NCBI GenBank assembly: GCA_013239625.1
Contig: MU054338.1
Location: 6,054,724-6,118,723, forward strand
Length of the DNA: 64,000 nucleotides
Direction of reading: 5' to 3'
DNA from: Lama guanicoe
Taxonomy: Eukaryota
Each line of letters starts with the position of its first letter. Position 1 is the first letter of the stretch. Both the position numbers and the translations under genes were made by a program. This document shows positions 21,116 to 32,429 of the stretch, piece by piece. The notes beneath the pieces are model-generated. The model saw nothing but the letters and a program-made list of their open reading frames with translations. It was not told the DNA's origin and made no database searches.

Positions 21116-21699
21116 CACACCCAGTAGACAAAAGTCTTGTTTCCCAAAATAATACCTAGCTTTCTTCACACAATGCACTGATTTTTCCCCCATTGTATTT
21201 TGTAGAAAATGCTGGTCCTGACCGCTGAGCTGATTTCTTCACCCCCTTTGAGGAACAGGTCACAAAAGTGAACATTTTGTCTTTCCTCTACTTTAACTCC
21301 GTACACAGGATGTTCGGTGAGAGTTAGACACCTCACCCACTAGCGTTCTAGCGTTTATTTAACGCCTATATAGCACGTACTGAGTATCAGGCACTGCCCT
21401 CATTTAACTCTCACGCTACGTCTTAAGTAGACACTCTGATGACCCTTATTTCACTAAGTTGGAAAGAGAAGTACAGAAGGATGAAGCAATTTGCCCGGGG
21501 GTAACACTGTCAAATCTGGGATTGGAACCCAATAAATCTGGTGGCAGACTCCATTTAGCTACGCAGCTTCTTAGAGAATTTACTTCTGTATGATGTTTAC
21601 TCTAAGTATCCCACACACACACCGCAGAACGTCAGCTCCACAATAAGCAGCTCACTGCCTCGCCTCTAGAATCCCGCCCTGCACGCAGCAGGAGGACCC

Positions 21700-21984
21700 G
21701 AGGAGAAACTTGGCAGAAGTTGAAAGCCCTTGCAGCCGTTTTTTCCAGTCTGCGCAGGCGCATCAGGCAGGCTTGCGGGGTGGGGGGCATCCCCTTCCTG
21801 CGCAGATTGGGCAGCGCCGATACTGACAGAGGAGCCGGCGCAGGCGCACTGGTTCGACTCGAAATGGCCAACCTCATCCACTGATGACTGACGTGGGGTC
21901 AACCCAATAGAAACGGTCCTCTGCGGGAAGGGGGCGGGGCACCGGGGGCAGTTAAATTTGCGCGGGATTGATTCTGGCGTAGTC
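21700..21984 (+). promoter_or_regulatory. SPC24: SPC24 CpG-island promoter
   Basis: Two NRF1-type GCGCAGGCGCA sites (21752, 21838), CCAAT boxes (ATTGG 21806, CCAAT 21904), TGACGT 21889, GC box 21931, and E2F-like GCGGGA sites near 21923 and 21962. This is typical of a cell-cycle gene promoter. Confidence 0.8.
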
Positions 21985-22144
21985 ATGGCGGCCTTCCGCG
22001 ACATGGAGGAGGTGAGCCAGGGGCTGCTGAGCCTGCTGGGCGCCAACCGCGCCGAGGCGCAGCAACGACGGCTGCTGGGGCGCCACGAGCAGGTGGTGGA
22101 GCGGCTGCTGGAGACGCAAGACGGCGCGGACCAGCGGCTGCGAG
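21985..22144 (+). CDS. SPC24: SPC24 exon 1
   Basis: Kozak gtcATGG; donor G|gtgaag. Confidence 0.95.
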
Positions 22145-25100
22145 GTGAAGGCCGGGGTGGGCGCGGCCGGGGCCCGTGTGGTGGGAGGGGCGGCCTGGCA
22201 GGCCGCGAAACTGGCCTCTTGTGTGCCCCCATTCCCTATCCTGTTAACTCGTGGGACCGGCGAATGAGCCATTCGTGATGGACTTCAGGACAGCAGTTCA
22301 CCCTCCTGGGGTTTAGTAGTGAATATAGGATCTCGCAGATCCGGCCCAGTTCTGAGCGCTCTGTGAGCAGGAGCTGGGGGACTTGGCGTTTGAATTGGGA
22401 TTCATGTGTCCTCAAAGCACGGGATTGGAAACCCAGTACCCCCACTTCCCAGCTGTGAGATTTGAGGTGATTTACTTAACCTCTCAGTGCCTCTGTTTCC
22501 CATAAAATTGTAACAATAGTCTGCATCTTCCTGCTGAGGTTGTTCAGATGTTTTATTGAGCACCTGCTGTGTCTAGGCAGTGTCTGCCCCGGGGTGACAG
22601 CAGGGAACAAAACAGACAAAAATCCCTTGGTGGGAGAAGCTGATATGCTGGTGGGGCAAGGACTGAAGATAAACAAGAGAAATGAATGTCAGAAAGTGGT
22701 GGGCTAAGGATTTCAGCTGTTAACTCATGAGCCCTGTGGTCCCAGCCCAGTGGCTTCCTTCTCAAGCCTCAGTTTCCTCATCTGTGAAATGGGGCTGCTG
22801 ATAGCACCTCTTGATGGATCAAAGTGAGATTTGTGGACGTTGATCCTTGCACAACACTGCCTTTGAAGAAAGGCGGGGCCCTTGTTACAGCTTTTCTCAG
22901 CTTAAGGGTTTTTTTTTTTTAAGGCTAGGAACTTGTTTTTATTGTGATAAAATTGACATAATGTAGGATTTACCATTTTCACTCTTTTTAAATGTTCAGT
23001 AGCATGAAGTACATTCACAATGTTCTGCAACCATCACCACCATTCTTCTCCAGTATTCCATTGTACGGACTCACCACATTTTGTTTATCCATTCATCCGT
23101 CAGTGGACACTTGGGTTGCTTCCACCCCTTGGCTATTGTGAATAATGCTGCTATGAACATGAGTGTACAAATATCTCTTTGAGTCCCTGCTGTCAATTCT
23201 TTTTTGTATTTTACCAGAAGTGGAAATGCTGGATCAGATGGTAATTTGATATTTAATTTCTTGAGGAACTGTCATTTAGTTTTCCACCGCAGTTTCAGTG
23301 CCAGGCAGCTGTAATGCCTTTTTACAGTTATACTTTATGAGTGCCGTTTGGGTTGAGACTTGAATGGCCTAGGAGCTAGCCATTGGATGACTGGGGAGGA
23401 GAGTTCCTGGCAGAGGGAACTGCAGAGACAAAGGTCAGGTGAGAAGGAGCCTGGAGACCCAAGAGAAAGTAGTAGAAGCTGGGGTTGGCAACAACCAGAC
23501 CCTGCCAGACCTGTGAGTCCCCAGAAGTTTGGATGTTAGTCTAAGCATGACGGATGCCCTGGTCTGAGTCTTCTGCTCTTTCCTCCCCCTCCTCCCTCCT
23601 TCCCTCTTGTTTCTTTCCTCCTCTCCCCCTCCATTAATTCCCCCTCCATTGATAGTTGGGGAGATCAGCATAGCCCAGCCTGTCTGGATTTCAGCAGAAC
23701 AGATGGATTCGGGGCAAGGAGACAAGAGTCTGTGTTCCTGGGAGCTGGGGCTTGCATCAAAAGGATCGAGTTCAGATCCCGGCTTCGGAGCTAGGTGCTG
23801 TAGACAAGTCACTGAACCTCTTTGGGCATCTGCTCGTCGCCTCTCAAAGTGCGTCAGGGGTTAGGGCTCCCGGTCGCTCGTGGCACTTAGCACACACTCC
23901 GGTGAAGACGGCTTATAACGAATATCCATGGGGAAGAGCTCACCCCCAGGGAGGGTCCAAGGAGACTCAGTTGCTGTTTGGAGGGTGAGTAGAGAAAGGG
24001 CAGAAAGGCTGCGTAAGAAAAGCCAGGCCCTCAGCTCTCCTAACAGGAAATCAGCAGGCACCATCCAACTTAGACAAATCAAGAAATAGCAGCATAAGCA
24101 AATTATTTAGAAATATGAAGGTCGGTGCCAGAGAAAACAGTGAAGAGTTGAAAGTGGCTGCTTCAGAGGATGGAGAGACTTAGAGAGGGGTGTGTGCAAG
24201 TGTGTGTGTGTGTTTAAATTTTCGTAACCATATACATGTAATACTTTGACTAAAATTTAACTTAAAGTTTATAAACACTTAAACTGCGGCCCTTTGAGAA
24301 GCATTTTCATCTGTGCCTTTTCTGAGTTGGCAGGTTTCTCTGACTCTGTGGGCAGGAACACAGCAACCTCCTTCAGGTGTTTTTGATCCTTTTGGATGTT
24401 TTATTCAAAATGTATTTATTCTATGTAGGTGCTGGCAATAATGTGGTGAATTTAAGATGCAATCTCTGCTTCGAAGAAGAAAGACAAGGAATAAATAGTT
24501 TGGGGTGATAGAGGCTGTCCTGGAAGCACAGTCTCACCCCAGGAAAGAGAGGAGAGTGTCGGGCTTTACCCAGGAGGCCTTGAAGGCCGGGAATGGGTGT
24601 ACCCCATGAGCAGGGACACAGGGGCATCCTTGGAGGACAAGCAGACAGAGGCCCAGGATTGAAAAATGTGGCATGTTTGCAGAATGATGAAGCATTTTTG
24701 CAGCCAGAGTGGAGGGAAAAGCACCTGGTGGGGCGAAAAGCTGGGAGAAAGGAGGTTGGCAGGGATGGTGAAGGTGCCCAAAGAGACCTGGACCTTATCC
24801 TGGAGGCACTGGGGAGCTTTGGGAGGTCTCTGAGCAGGGGAGTAATTCAACATTTGGCTCTAATGCAGCAGCTCTGAAGACAGATAGCAGAAAGGACTGG
24901 CAACTGTAGAGACCATGGAGGGGCACGACAGGGAGGCAGCTGGGTGGTCCTGGAGGGATAAAGGACCTGCACAAGGCAGGAGGGACCCACCAGGCAGGAT
25001 GGTTAACTGGATGTGGATAGTGAGCCCCGGGCTGGTTGCTCAGGCAACAGAGTCGAGCGTGGCATCATAAATTAAGACGTATGCAAAGAAGGACCAGACT

Positions 25101-26842
25101 TTATTATTTTGGGTGGATTCAAGTGTGATTTGGTGAAATAGGAAGCACTTACACCAGGTCCAGGGGGGTGCCTTTGGTGGGCATTTGGAAATAGGGTGAT
25201 GGGTTCGGGAGCTACAGATAGAAGTGAGAACATGGCCATAGATGGGCGATGAGGCCACAGGCAGATGAACCGCCTCTGTCCGAGGCTCTCCTTAGGAGCC
25301 CGAGTTGAGGGGCACAGACTTCTCCCCATCCTGCAGAGATCCTTGCTGCGGAGAAAGAGGTGGCCCAGAGCCTTCTTGACGCAAAGGAGCAGGCGCACCA
25401 GGGTGGCACCGAGCTGCAGCAGCTTGAAGCTGAGCTTCAGAGGGCCAGCGAGGAGGACACCCGTTTGAAGGCCAGCCTCCTATATCCTTTCCTGCATTTG
25501 CGGAACCACCGGGCCCCAGCCTTGCCTGGGAGGTGCTTGGAGCCATCGGCCCCGGCCCCGAGGTGGTTGGTGTTAGCATGTGGGCAGCCCAGCCCTCCTT
25601 CCAAAGCAAGGGGTCCTTAACTGCCTGCCTTACTCAGCTCAGCAGAGAGTTGGAGGAGCTCAAGGAGATCGAGGCCGATCTTGAAAGACAGGAGAGGGAG
25701 GTTGATGAAGACACTACAGTCACCATCCCTTCAGCCGTGTAGGTCCACCGACGCGGTGTGAGTGTGTGTGTGTACAGCCTGCAGCTCTTTGCTGGAGTTG
25801 GTGCTGGAGTAACTTCCTTTTCTCTCTCTTGTCTTCTTGCATAGGTATGTGGCTCAACTTTATCGCCGAATTAGTAAAATCGAGTGGGATTATGAGTGTG
25901 AGCCGGGGATGATCAAAGGCAGTATCCTTTGTGGAGAAAGTGCAACCCTGTGCACTGTTGGTGGGAATGTTAAATGGTACAGACGCTATGGCAGGTCCTG
26001 AAAAATTAGACAGAATTACCTTATGACCCAGCAGTTCACTTCTGGTAGACACATGAAAGAATTGAAAGCAGGAACTTGAACAGATGGTCATACACCCATG
26101 TTCACCCACGTTTGGCACCATTCACAGTTGCCAAAAGGTGGACGTAGCCCCAGTGTCCATCAGCAAATGACCAGATAAACAGAATGTGGTCCATCCATAT
26201 AATGGAATATTATTCACTCTTAAAAAGGAAAGAAATCTGGCCCATACTCTCTTACATGGGTGAACCCGGAACATAATATGCTGAGTGAAATAAGCCAGAC
26301 CGAAGAAGTCAGTACTGTGTGATTCCACCTACATGAGGTCCGTAGGGGAGTCAGATTCCTGGAGACAAAGTAGGACTGTGGTTATCAGGGTCTGGGGGAG
26401 GCAGAGGGGGAGGCAGTGTTTAATGGGGACAGAGTTTCTGTTTCACAAGATGAAAAGAGTCCTGGAGGTGGATGGTGGTGATGGTTGCGCAGCAATGTGA
26501 ATGTGCTTAATGCCACTGAAATGGACACTAAAATGTTTAAGATGTTAACTATATAGTGTTATATGTATTTTACCACAGTTTTTCTTAAAGGGCAGTGCGT
26601 GATCAGAATTTTACTTTTTGTTCATGAAAATGTGTTTCAGTCTCTAAATAGCTTCATAGTAAAAATGTAAAGCCAGTACCCTTTTGTCGAGGGGGAGGGC
26701 TGTGTGTGCCAGGTTTCCTTACATCATGCCCTAAGTACATCACGGCCCCAGCGTCGCCCAGCCCATCCACCTGGACAGCACCCAGCTGTCCAAGAAATTC
26801 ATCAGCGACTATCTCTGGAGCTTGGTGGACACGGAGTGGTAG
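21985..26842 (+). CDS. SPC24: Kinetochore protein Spc24 (NDC80 complex), 5 exons, 197 aa
   Basis: Exons 21985-22144, 25337-25481, 25634-25738, 25845-25921, 26736-26842 total 594 nt: MAAFRDMEEVSQGLLSLLGANRAEAQQRRLL...FISDYLWSLVDTEW*. Confidence 0.97.
25337..25481 (+). CDS. SPC24: SPC24 exon 2
   Basis: ctgcag acceptor; followed by U12 donor ATATCCTTT. Confidence 0.95.
25482..25633 (+). other. SPC24: U12-type AT-AC intron (SPC24 intron 2)
   Basis: 5' ATATCCTTT, branch TCCTTAAC 25614-25621, terminal AC 25632-25633; this junction restores the reading frame. Confidence 0.95.
25634..25738 (+). CDS. SPC24: SPC24 exon 3
   Basis: QLSRELEELKEIEADLE...TIPSAV; donor GT|gtaggt. Confidence 0.93.
25845..25921 (+). 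CDS. SPC24: SPC24 exon 4
   Basis: YVAQLYRRISKIEWDYECEPGMIKG; followed by GTATCCTTT. Confidence 0.95.
25922..26735 (+). other. SPC24: U12-type GT-AG intron (SPC24 intron 4)
   Basis: 5' GTATCCTTT; branch-like TTTCCTTACA at 26714-26723; no polypyrimidine tract next to the AG. Confidence 0.85.
25930..26590 (+). mobile_element. L1 3' fragment inside SPC24 intron 4
   Basis: tgtggagaaa...cactgttggtgggaatg...gatggtggtgatggttgc motifs. Confidence 0.85.
26736..26842 (+). CDS. SPC24: SPC24 exon 5 (coding part)
   Basis: HHGPSVAQPIHLDSTQLSKKFISDYLWSLVDTEW*. Confidence 0.95.
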
Positions 26843-26934
26843 AGAGAAGCCTCTTGGACTGTGTCTTATAATCCCACACAGTGAGAGTCAGCCGTGGTGG
26901 GTGGTCAGTGCCTCAGTGGTGAGATCAGCTTAAA

Positions 26935-26940
26935 ATTAAA
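26935..26940 (+). terminator. SPC24: SPC24 polyadenylation signal ATTAAA
   Basis: ATTAAA about 90 nt after the stop, with a downstream T run at 26959-26977. Confidence 0.65.
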
Positions 26941-28526
26941 TGTTTACACATAAATGACTTTTTTTTTTTTTTTTTTTCTGGACTTCCCTTTCCCCCATCT
27001 TGATTTTTGGCCTCAGATGCTAGACTGGCCTTGGCTAGGTAATCAGAGACTGACTGAACCATATAAGGCCTGTGACTTCACATCTTGACCACACGTGCAA
27101 ATGGCACTGCAGTATCCGATGACAAATTCCAGGTCTTTGTCATCTGTTATTCAAGTTTGGTTCTTATTCATTCCGAGTTCCCACTCTGAGTGCCAATGTG
27201 TGCCCAGAACTGTGCTGGGTACCCAAGACAAGATGAAGGTGACAGATCCCTTCAGCCAGGGGAGGAGTCAAAAGTGATCAGATGCCACCCTTGAGCTAGA
27301 GAGAGTCCACAGTGCTGTGGGGCCCTGGCTGGGGAGGGGGTCTGCTTCCCAGAGGATGGGGGCAGCGTTTGTGCTGAAACTTGAAGGGATGAGTCAATCG
27401 TGAAGAGATTACATTATGGGATGTACATGGACCCATCCCTGCTCCAGGATGGGCTGTGTGTCAGAGACCACTGGTTGCCTCCCTAGTAGCCATTCTCCCC
27501 TGCACCCTTAGTAAGGGAATCCTTTTAGCTGCCAGGTCAAAACACAACATTTCCCAGCCTCCCTTGCAGCTAAGTTTCGGACAGTGAAGTATAAAAGGAA
27601 GTGTTGTGTGAGACTTGTAGGAAGATCCTTAAAAGGCAAGGGCATGTACCCTTTCCCCTCCCCTCTGTCTTCTGGAATTTGAATGTGGTGGCTGGAGCCC
27701 TGGCAGCCATGTTGCCACGCTTGAAGGCTGCAATCCTCTAGGTATGATAGGAGCTTGATTCCCTGATGATGGAGCCAGGTAACTATCCTGGACTTTGGGG
27801 GTGAGGGATTGTTACTTTGGTTTTTCTATCACAAACAGCTAAAGTAAATCCTAACTGATTCAGCATGCAGCCCAGGCCTGAGCTAGCCAATCAGTGTGCT
27901 CACCTAACCCCCATCCTCAGTGACTGAGGTACTACTAAGAGTGGGGAGCTTGTCTGCCAGCCTGCCTGGGGGTAGAGAGTGAGAAGGGTCGCTTTGATAT
28001 CAGGTACCTCCTGGATACAGCTTTGCCTGAAGCCAGTAGATTTGTTAGTTACATGAACCTCTGGGTTTTGTGCACCCCTGTATGACTTAATTGTTTACAA
28101 TACGTACAATGAGTATTTCTTAATCAGAGAGGAACACTCTAGGCAGAGGTAACATTAAGTTCTAGCAGCACCTGAGTACATTAAGTGGGCACTAAAAACA
28201 GTCCCTTCCGGTGACCCTCGGAGGACTAGGTCAAGGAGTCCTACCTGTCGGGCTCCAGGAAATAGACCCAAAAAAGGGGGTTGTTGGTTTCCCTGAAATG
28301 TAAGAAACCCCAGGCCACTCAGCTCACAGAGAAAGATTCCCAGAAGAACTTCAGAGGCCCTGCCTTCGTGCCGAGGGCCTGGCTTTAGATACTCAAGGAA
28401 ATGTTCACATAAGCCCTCCTGGGCTGTTTTCACTTTCAAAGTTGGCGGAGTTTTTTATGATGTAAAAAAGAAGCAGAGCCCTTCATTTGTACCCTTGGCC
28501 TCCGAAGGGCGAAAGACTGGACCTGG

Positions 28527-28680
28527 ACCAGGGTTTTCCTGCCTCAGCCTGGGACCAGGTCACTCTCTCCGGAGGGGGCTGTCCTGGACATGGTGGGACA
28601 GGTGGCATCACCCCTGCCTCCGCCCTCCAGATGTCAGGAGCTCACCCCTGTTGTGACAGCCCTGGGGGACCACTCAGGAC
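28527..28680. mobile_element. MER20-like DNA transposon
   Basis: gggggctgtcctg...atcacccctgcctc...cagatgtcagga...ttgtgaca motif. Confidence 0.55.
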
Positions 28681-31600
28681 TTGCAGCCTCAGCCAGGAAC
28701 CAGTCTTCAGCCAAGGCCAGGGAAGGAGCCGCTGTCACCCTGGTGGCTGTTCCTGCTGACACAGCTGGACTGCACCTGTTCCCCTGCATGAGTGAAGGTG
28801 CCAGGAGGCCTCCCGCCCTGAGTAGATCCAGCCCAGCCACGGGTCCTGGGGGACTGGGAGTGGAGAGACTTGTTTCCCTGTAGTTAAACAGACTTACGGG
28901 CACAGGGTCCTGGGAGAGAATGCAGGTGCTGGGGGGCAGGCGCACTTATCTGTGCCCTGGGCCGGCTTCCCAACCCAAGCAGGCAACCCCCACTTTGTTC
29001 TGGGAGGGGCCCAAGAGGCGTTGCCTGCCTAGAGCTGTTTCCCCAAGAAGAGGAAGGTCACTTGAGGGAGGCTGCATGAACCCAGGCTCCTGTGTCCCTG
29101 TCTCCCCAAGCAGCCCCCATGACAGGCCCAGGGAGTGAGCAAGTGGGTGAGGAACGCAGCCCCGTGGGGCCTCGGCAGGCAGGCTCAGGGAGGTGCCTGA
29201 GCTCACAGGGGCCGGGAGAGGCCCTGGCCCTCCGCATGCCTGGGCCCTGACTCACTGCCTGGTGCTGGCCGGACGCCCGGACAGCCTCGGCCCACGGCCT
29301 CCAGCCCACACCCTGCCTTCCCCCTGCCCGTTCTCCCTCTGAGAGCCGGCACATTGGCAGCCACCAGCTCTTTCCCGAATTTTGGAGGCCAGCCAGAGAC
29401 ACACTGAGCCCCTGGCCAAGCCCCATGGAGGTGGGAGCAGGATGAGTCCCCAGACCAGGGAGTGGGGAACTGGAGCCGTGTGCCCGCAGAACTGACTTGA
29501 CGCCACACCCCACCTCGTTCCTCCTCCTCCACCTCCTCAGGCCAGCGCCATCCCAAGTTGGTCAGTAGTATCCATTTTACAGGTGGGGAAACTGAGGCAC
29601 AGCATGGTCACAGGATAGTGACACCCTGGGAAGCTGAACCTGGCAGTGGGGCCCCAGGGTCTCTGGAGGAACATTGTGGCTTTTCAGATGAGAAATGGCC
29701 TAAGTGCCTGCCCCTCATCCAAGGTCACCCAGCTAGAAAGTGGAGCCCTATGGGGCAGTGGAGCAGGTTGAGGTCTAGACGCTTAAAGTCACTACTGATC
29801 AGTGATTGTGGGTCAGATATCCACATACCCACCCAACCTGGCTTATAATTGGTGTTCCTGGGGGATATTGCCAAGGGTATGTGGGGTCGAGAAGCTGGAC
29901 CCCCATAAAGCTTGGTGGGCCAAGGCTGGGAGGACTGGCCCCAGGGCATTGACACTATGGTATTTGGTTCACCCTCAGGGAGGCCCCAGGACCTCCTGGT
30001 GGCCTCCCCAACTGAGTCAAAAGTGTACCCTGGGCTTCTGTGAACTGCCAGGCCCCCTTCCAGGAAGCCACACTCCAGTGGAGGTCTTGAGCAGGTGCTG
30101 TGCTGGCTCCGTGTGTCCTTACAGGTGACGAAACTGAGCCACAGAGACAGCAAGCTATTTGTGGAAGTTTTCGCAGCTAATGAAGATCCACAGCTTGTGC
30201 TCTTAACCCCGACCTACGATTGAGTTCATCTCAGTTAGTGTATAGCTGTCACTGTTTCAGGGGAGGAGGAGTCATTTGAGCCCAGACAGACCTGAGCTCC
30301 TAGGGAACAAAAGTGTGGAGACAGTGATCCATGCAGAAGGAACAGCAAGTGCAAAGGCGGGTGTTCAGGGACAGCAAAGAGGCCAGGGTTGAGGGAACCA
30401 TGCAGCCATGGGGCTGGATCACGCCAGGCCTGCAGTCCACAAGTGAGGCACAGGGAGGATTTTCAGATTCCAGGAGGGGCCCAGAGTTGGGGCTTGGGAA
30501 AGAGGAGCCTGATGTTGGTCTCTTGACACAGGTCATGGTGCAGAAGGCCAGCCGATTAGGGGGCTGGTCTCATTGTCAACCCCCAAGCTCCCTGCCTCCA
30601 TCCCTGGCGCAAGTGTGGGAGCGGAGGCAGGGGTAAGCAGAGCAGCTGTGCTGGGGAGGGTGGAGCCCCTCCACTGAGGGCAGAAATCAGTGCTGAAACC
30701 TGAGCTGCCTGGAGGGGAGGCTGGACTGGACCCAGGAGTCCTGGGGGCTGTTCCCTGACCGGCCTCCACTCCCCCCCAATTCACGGCCCTGCTCAGTGGG
30801 GTGGGTGACGTGACCAGTGCGCATACTCACAACACTTAGCCGGCTCTCTCCTCCCTTCATCATTGAGGGAAGTCACTTCCTGGGGGAGCAGGAGGGCACT
30901 GACCCCCACTGTGGGGGAGGGACCAGCATTGGGAACACCCCTCCCCCCTCCTTCCTTCCCTCCCTGGGACCTGGGCTCAGCCCCTCAGGCTCCAGCCTGA
31001 CTCACCACAGGCAGCTGTGGTTTCGGATGCCGGGGTGGGGGCCGGAGCGGGAGGCAGCAGAGGACACGAGTTAGGGCGTCAGGCTTGGGGGAGCAGCTTC
31101 CTCCCACCACCCAGCCGGTCCAGGCCAGAGCTGTCCAGCCCGCGGAGAGGGGGCTCTCAGGGCCGCCTGCCCTCGCCTTGTCCTTGGGGATGGCAGCCCC
31201 CAAACTCCAATCTGCCCCCCATCCCTCTGGGAGTGCCGAGCCCACAGACTAGCTCCAAGTGGCCGGCCAGCTGCCTGGTGCATCTTACCCAGGTGACATC
31301 CACACCCTTCCCTAGGGGACCCCGTGTGAGTCCAGAGACGTCACACCCCCTCCACCCCTCGGGCTGCTGGTGGAGAAACGCAAAGGGAGGGCGTCAGGGT
31401 CTCATCAGGAGCCGAAGGAGCTGAGCCAGTGACCCCAGTCTCCCCTTGCCCATCTGTGAAATGGCTCTGGGCCTGCCCCCTCCTTAGGCGGCCACCTCGA
31501 GGACCAGAAGAGTTAATCCCCAAGTAGCATTTGCTCTTATTTGTCCCAAAGCTCTCATCCCGCGTGTCTGTGTCATACTCAGTGCCGACGTGGGGGCGCC

Positions 31601-32429
31601 TGAGGAAGAATTTCAAGAACTACTTACTCCCTTCACAGAAAACTGCCCAGGCCAGAGACCAGAAATTTCCATCACCTCCAGCCTCTCCCAGGCACTCCCT
31701 CAGCCCAGGGATCCCCCCAAGTCCTGCCCACCCTCCCCTGGGCGCCCTCAGCCACCTCCAGGCCCCTCCCGTGTGCCCGGCCATTCAGGCTCATTTGTCC
31801 CGTTAGCCACACGGCTGAGCATGGAGTCAGTCAATCAACCAATTATCGAGCCAGCCCCGGCCACTTCCTGTGCGGTCTGCTCAGCTTTCGCCCCCAGAGG
31901 CGTTTTGGAACCTTCCCAAGACAAAAGGCGGAAGGAAGGAAGGAAGTGCCACCCTGTGGACACAGGGAAGATAACAGTGACCACAGCGCCCAACGCCCAC
32001 GGAGCCCACAGTGTTGGGGGGATCAGCTTTGGCCTCATTTTCTGTTGGGGAAACTGAGGCTCTGATGGGCCCAAGGTCACTCAACTCAGCACAGGCAGCC
32101 TGAACCAGCGGGTGTTCTTTCCCACCTGCTGCCCTGACACTCCGGGTCCCCTGCTCCTGGATACCCCCTGCCCTCCCTCAGTCCAGCCTGTAAGGCAGGG
32201 ACCCCGTTTCCCAGGTCCTGCTGAGTTCAGCCTATGGGGGGCGCTGGCGGGAGGGGGGCCTGGAAGACGGGGGAAGCCGGAGTTTTTCTCTTCGCTCTCT
32301 GCTCTTGACGGGTCTCCTCCCAGGCTCCCACAGCTCCCAGGCTCCAGTAAAGCCACCCCTTCCTCTGCTGTTCTTCTGGATACTTCATAGTCCCTCACTT
32401 GGCCTTTTTTAAAAAATTATTATTATTTA

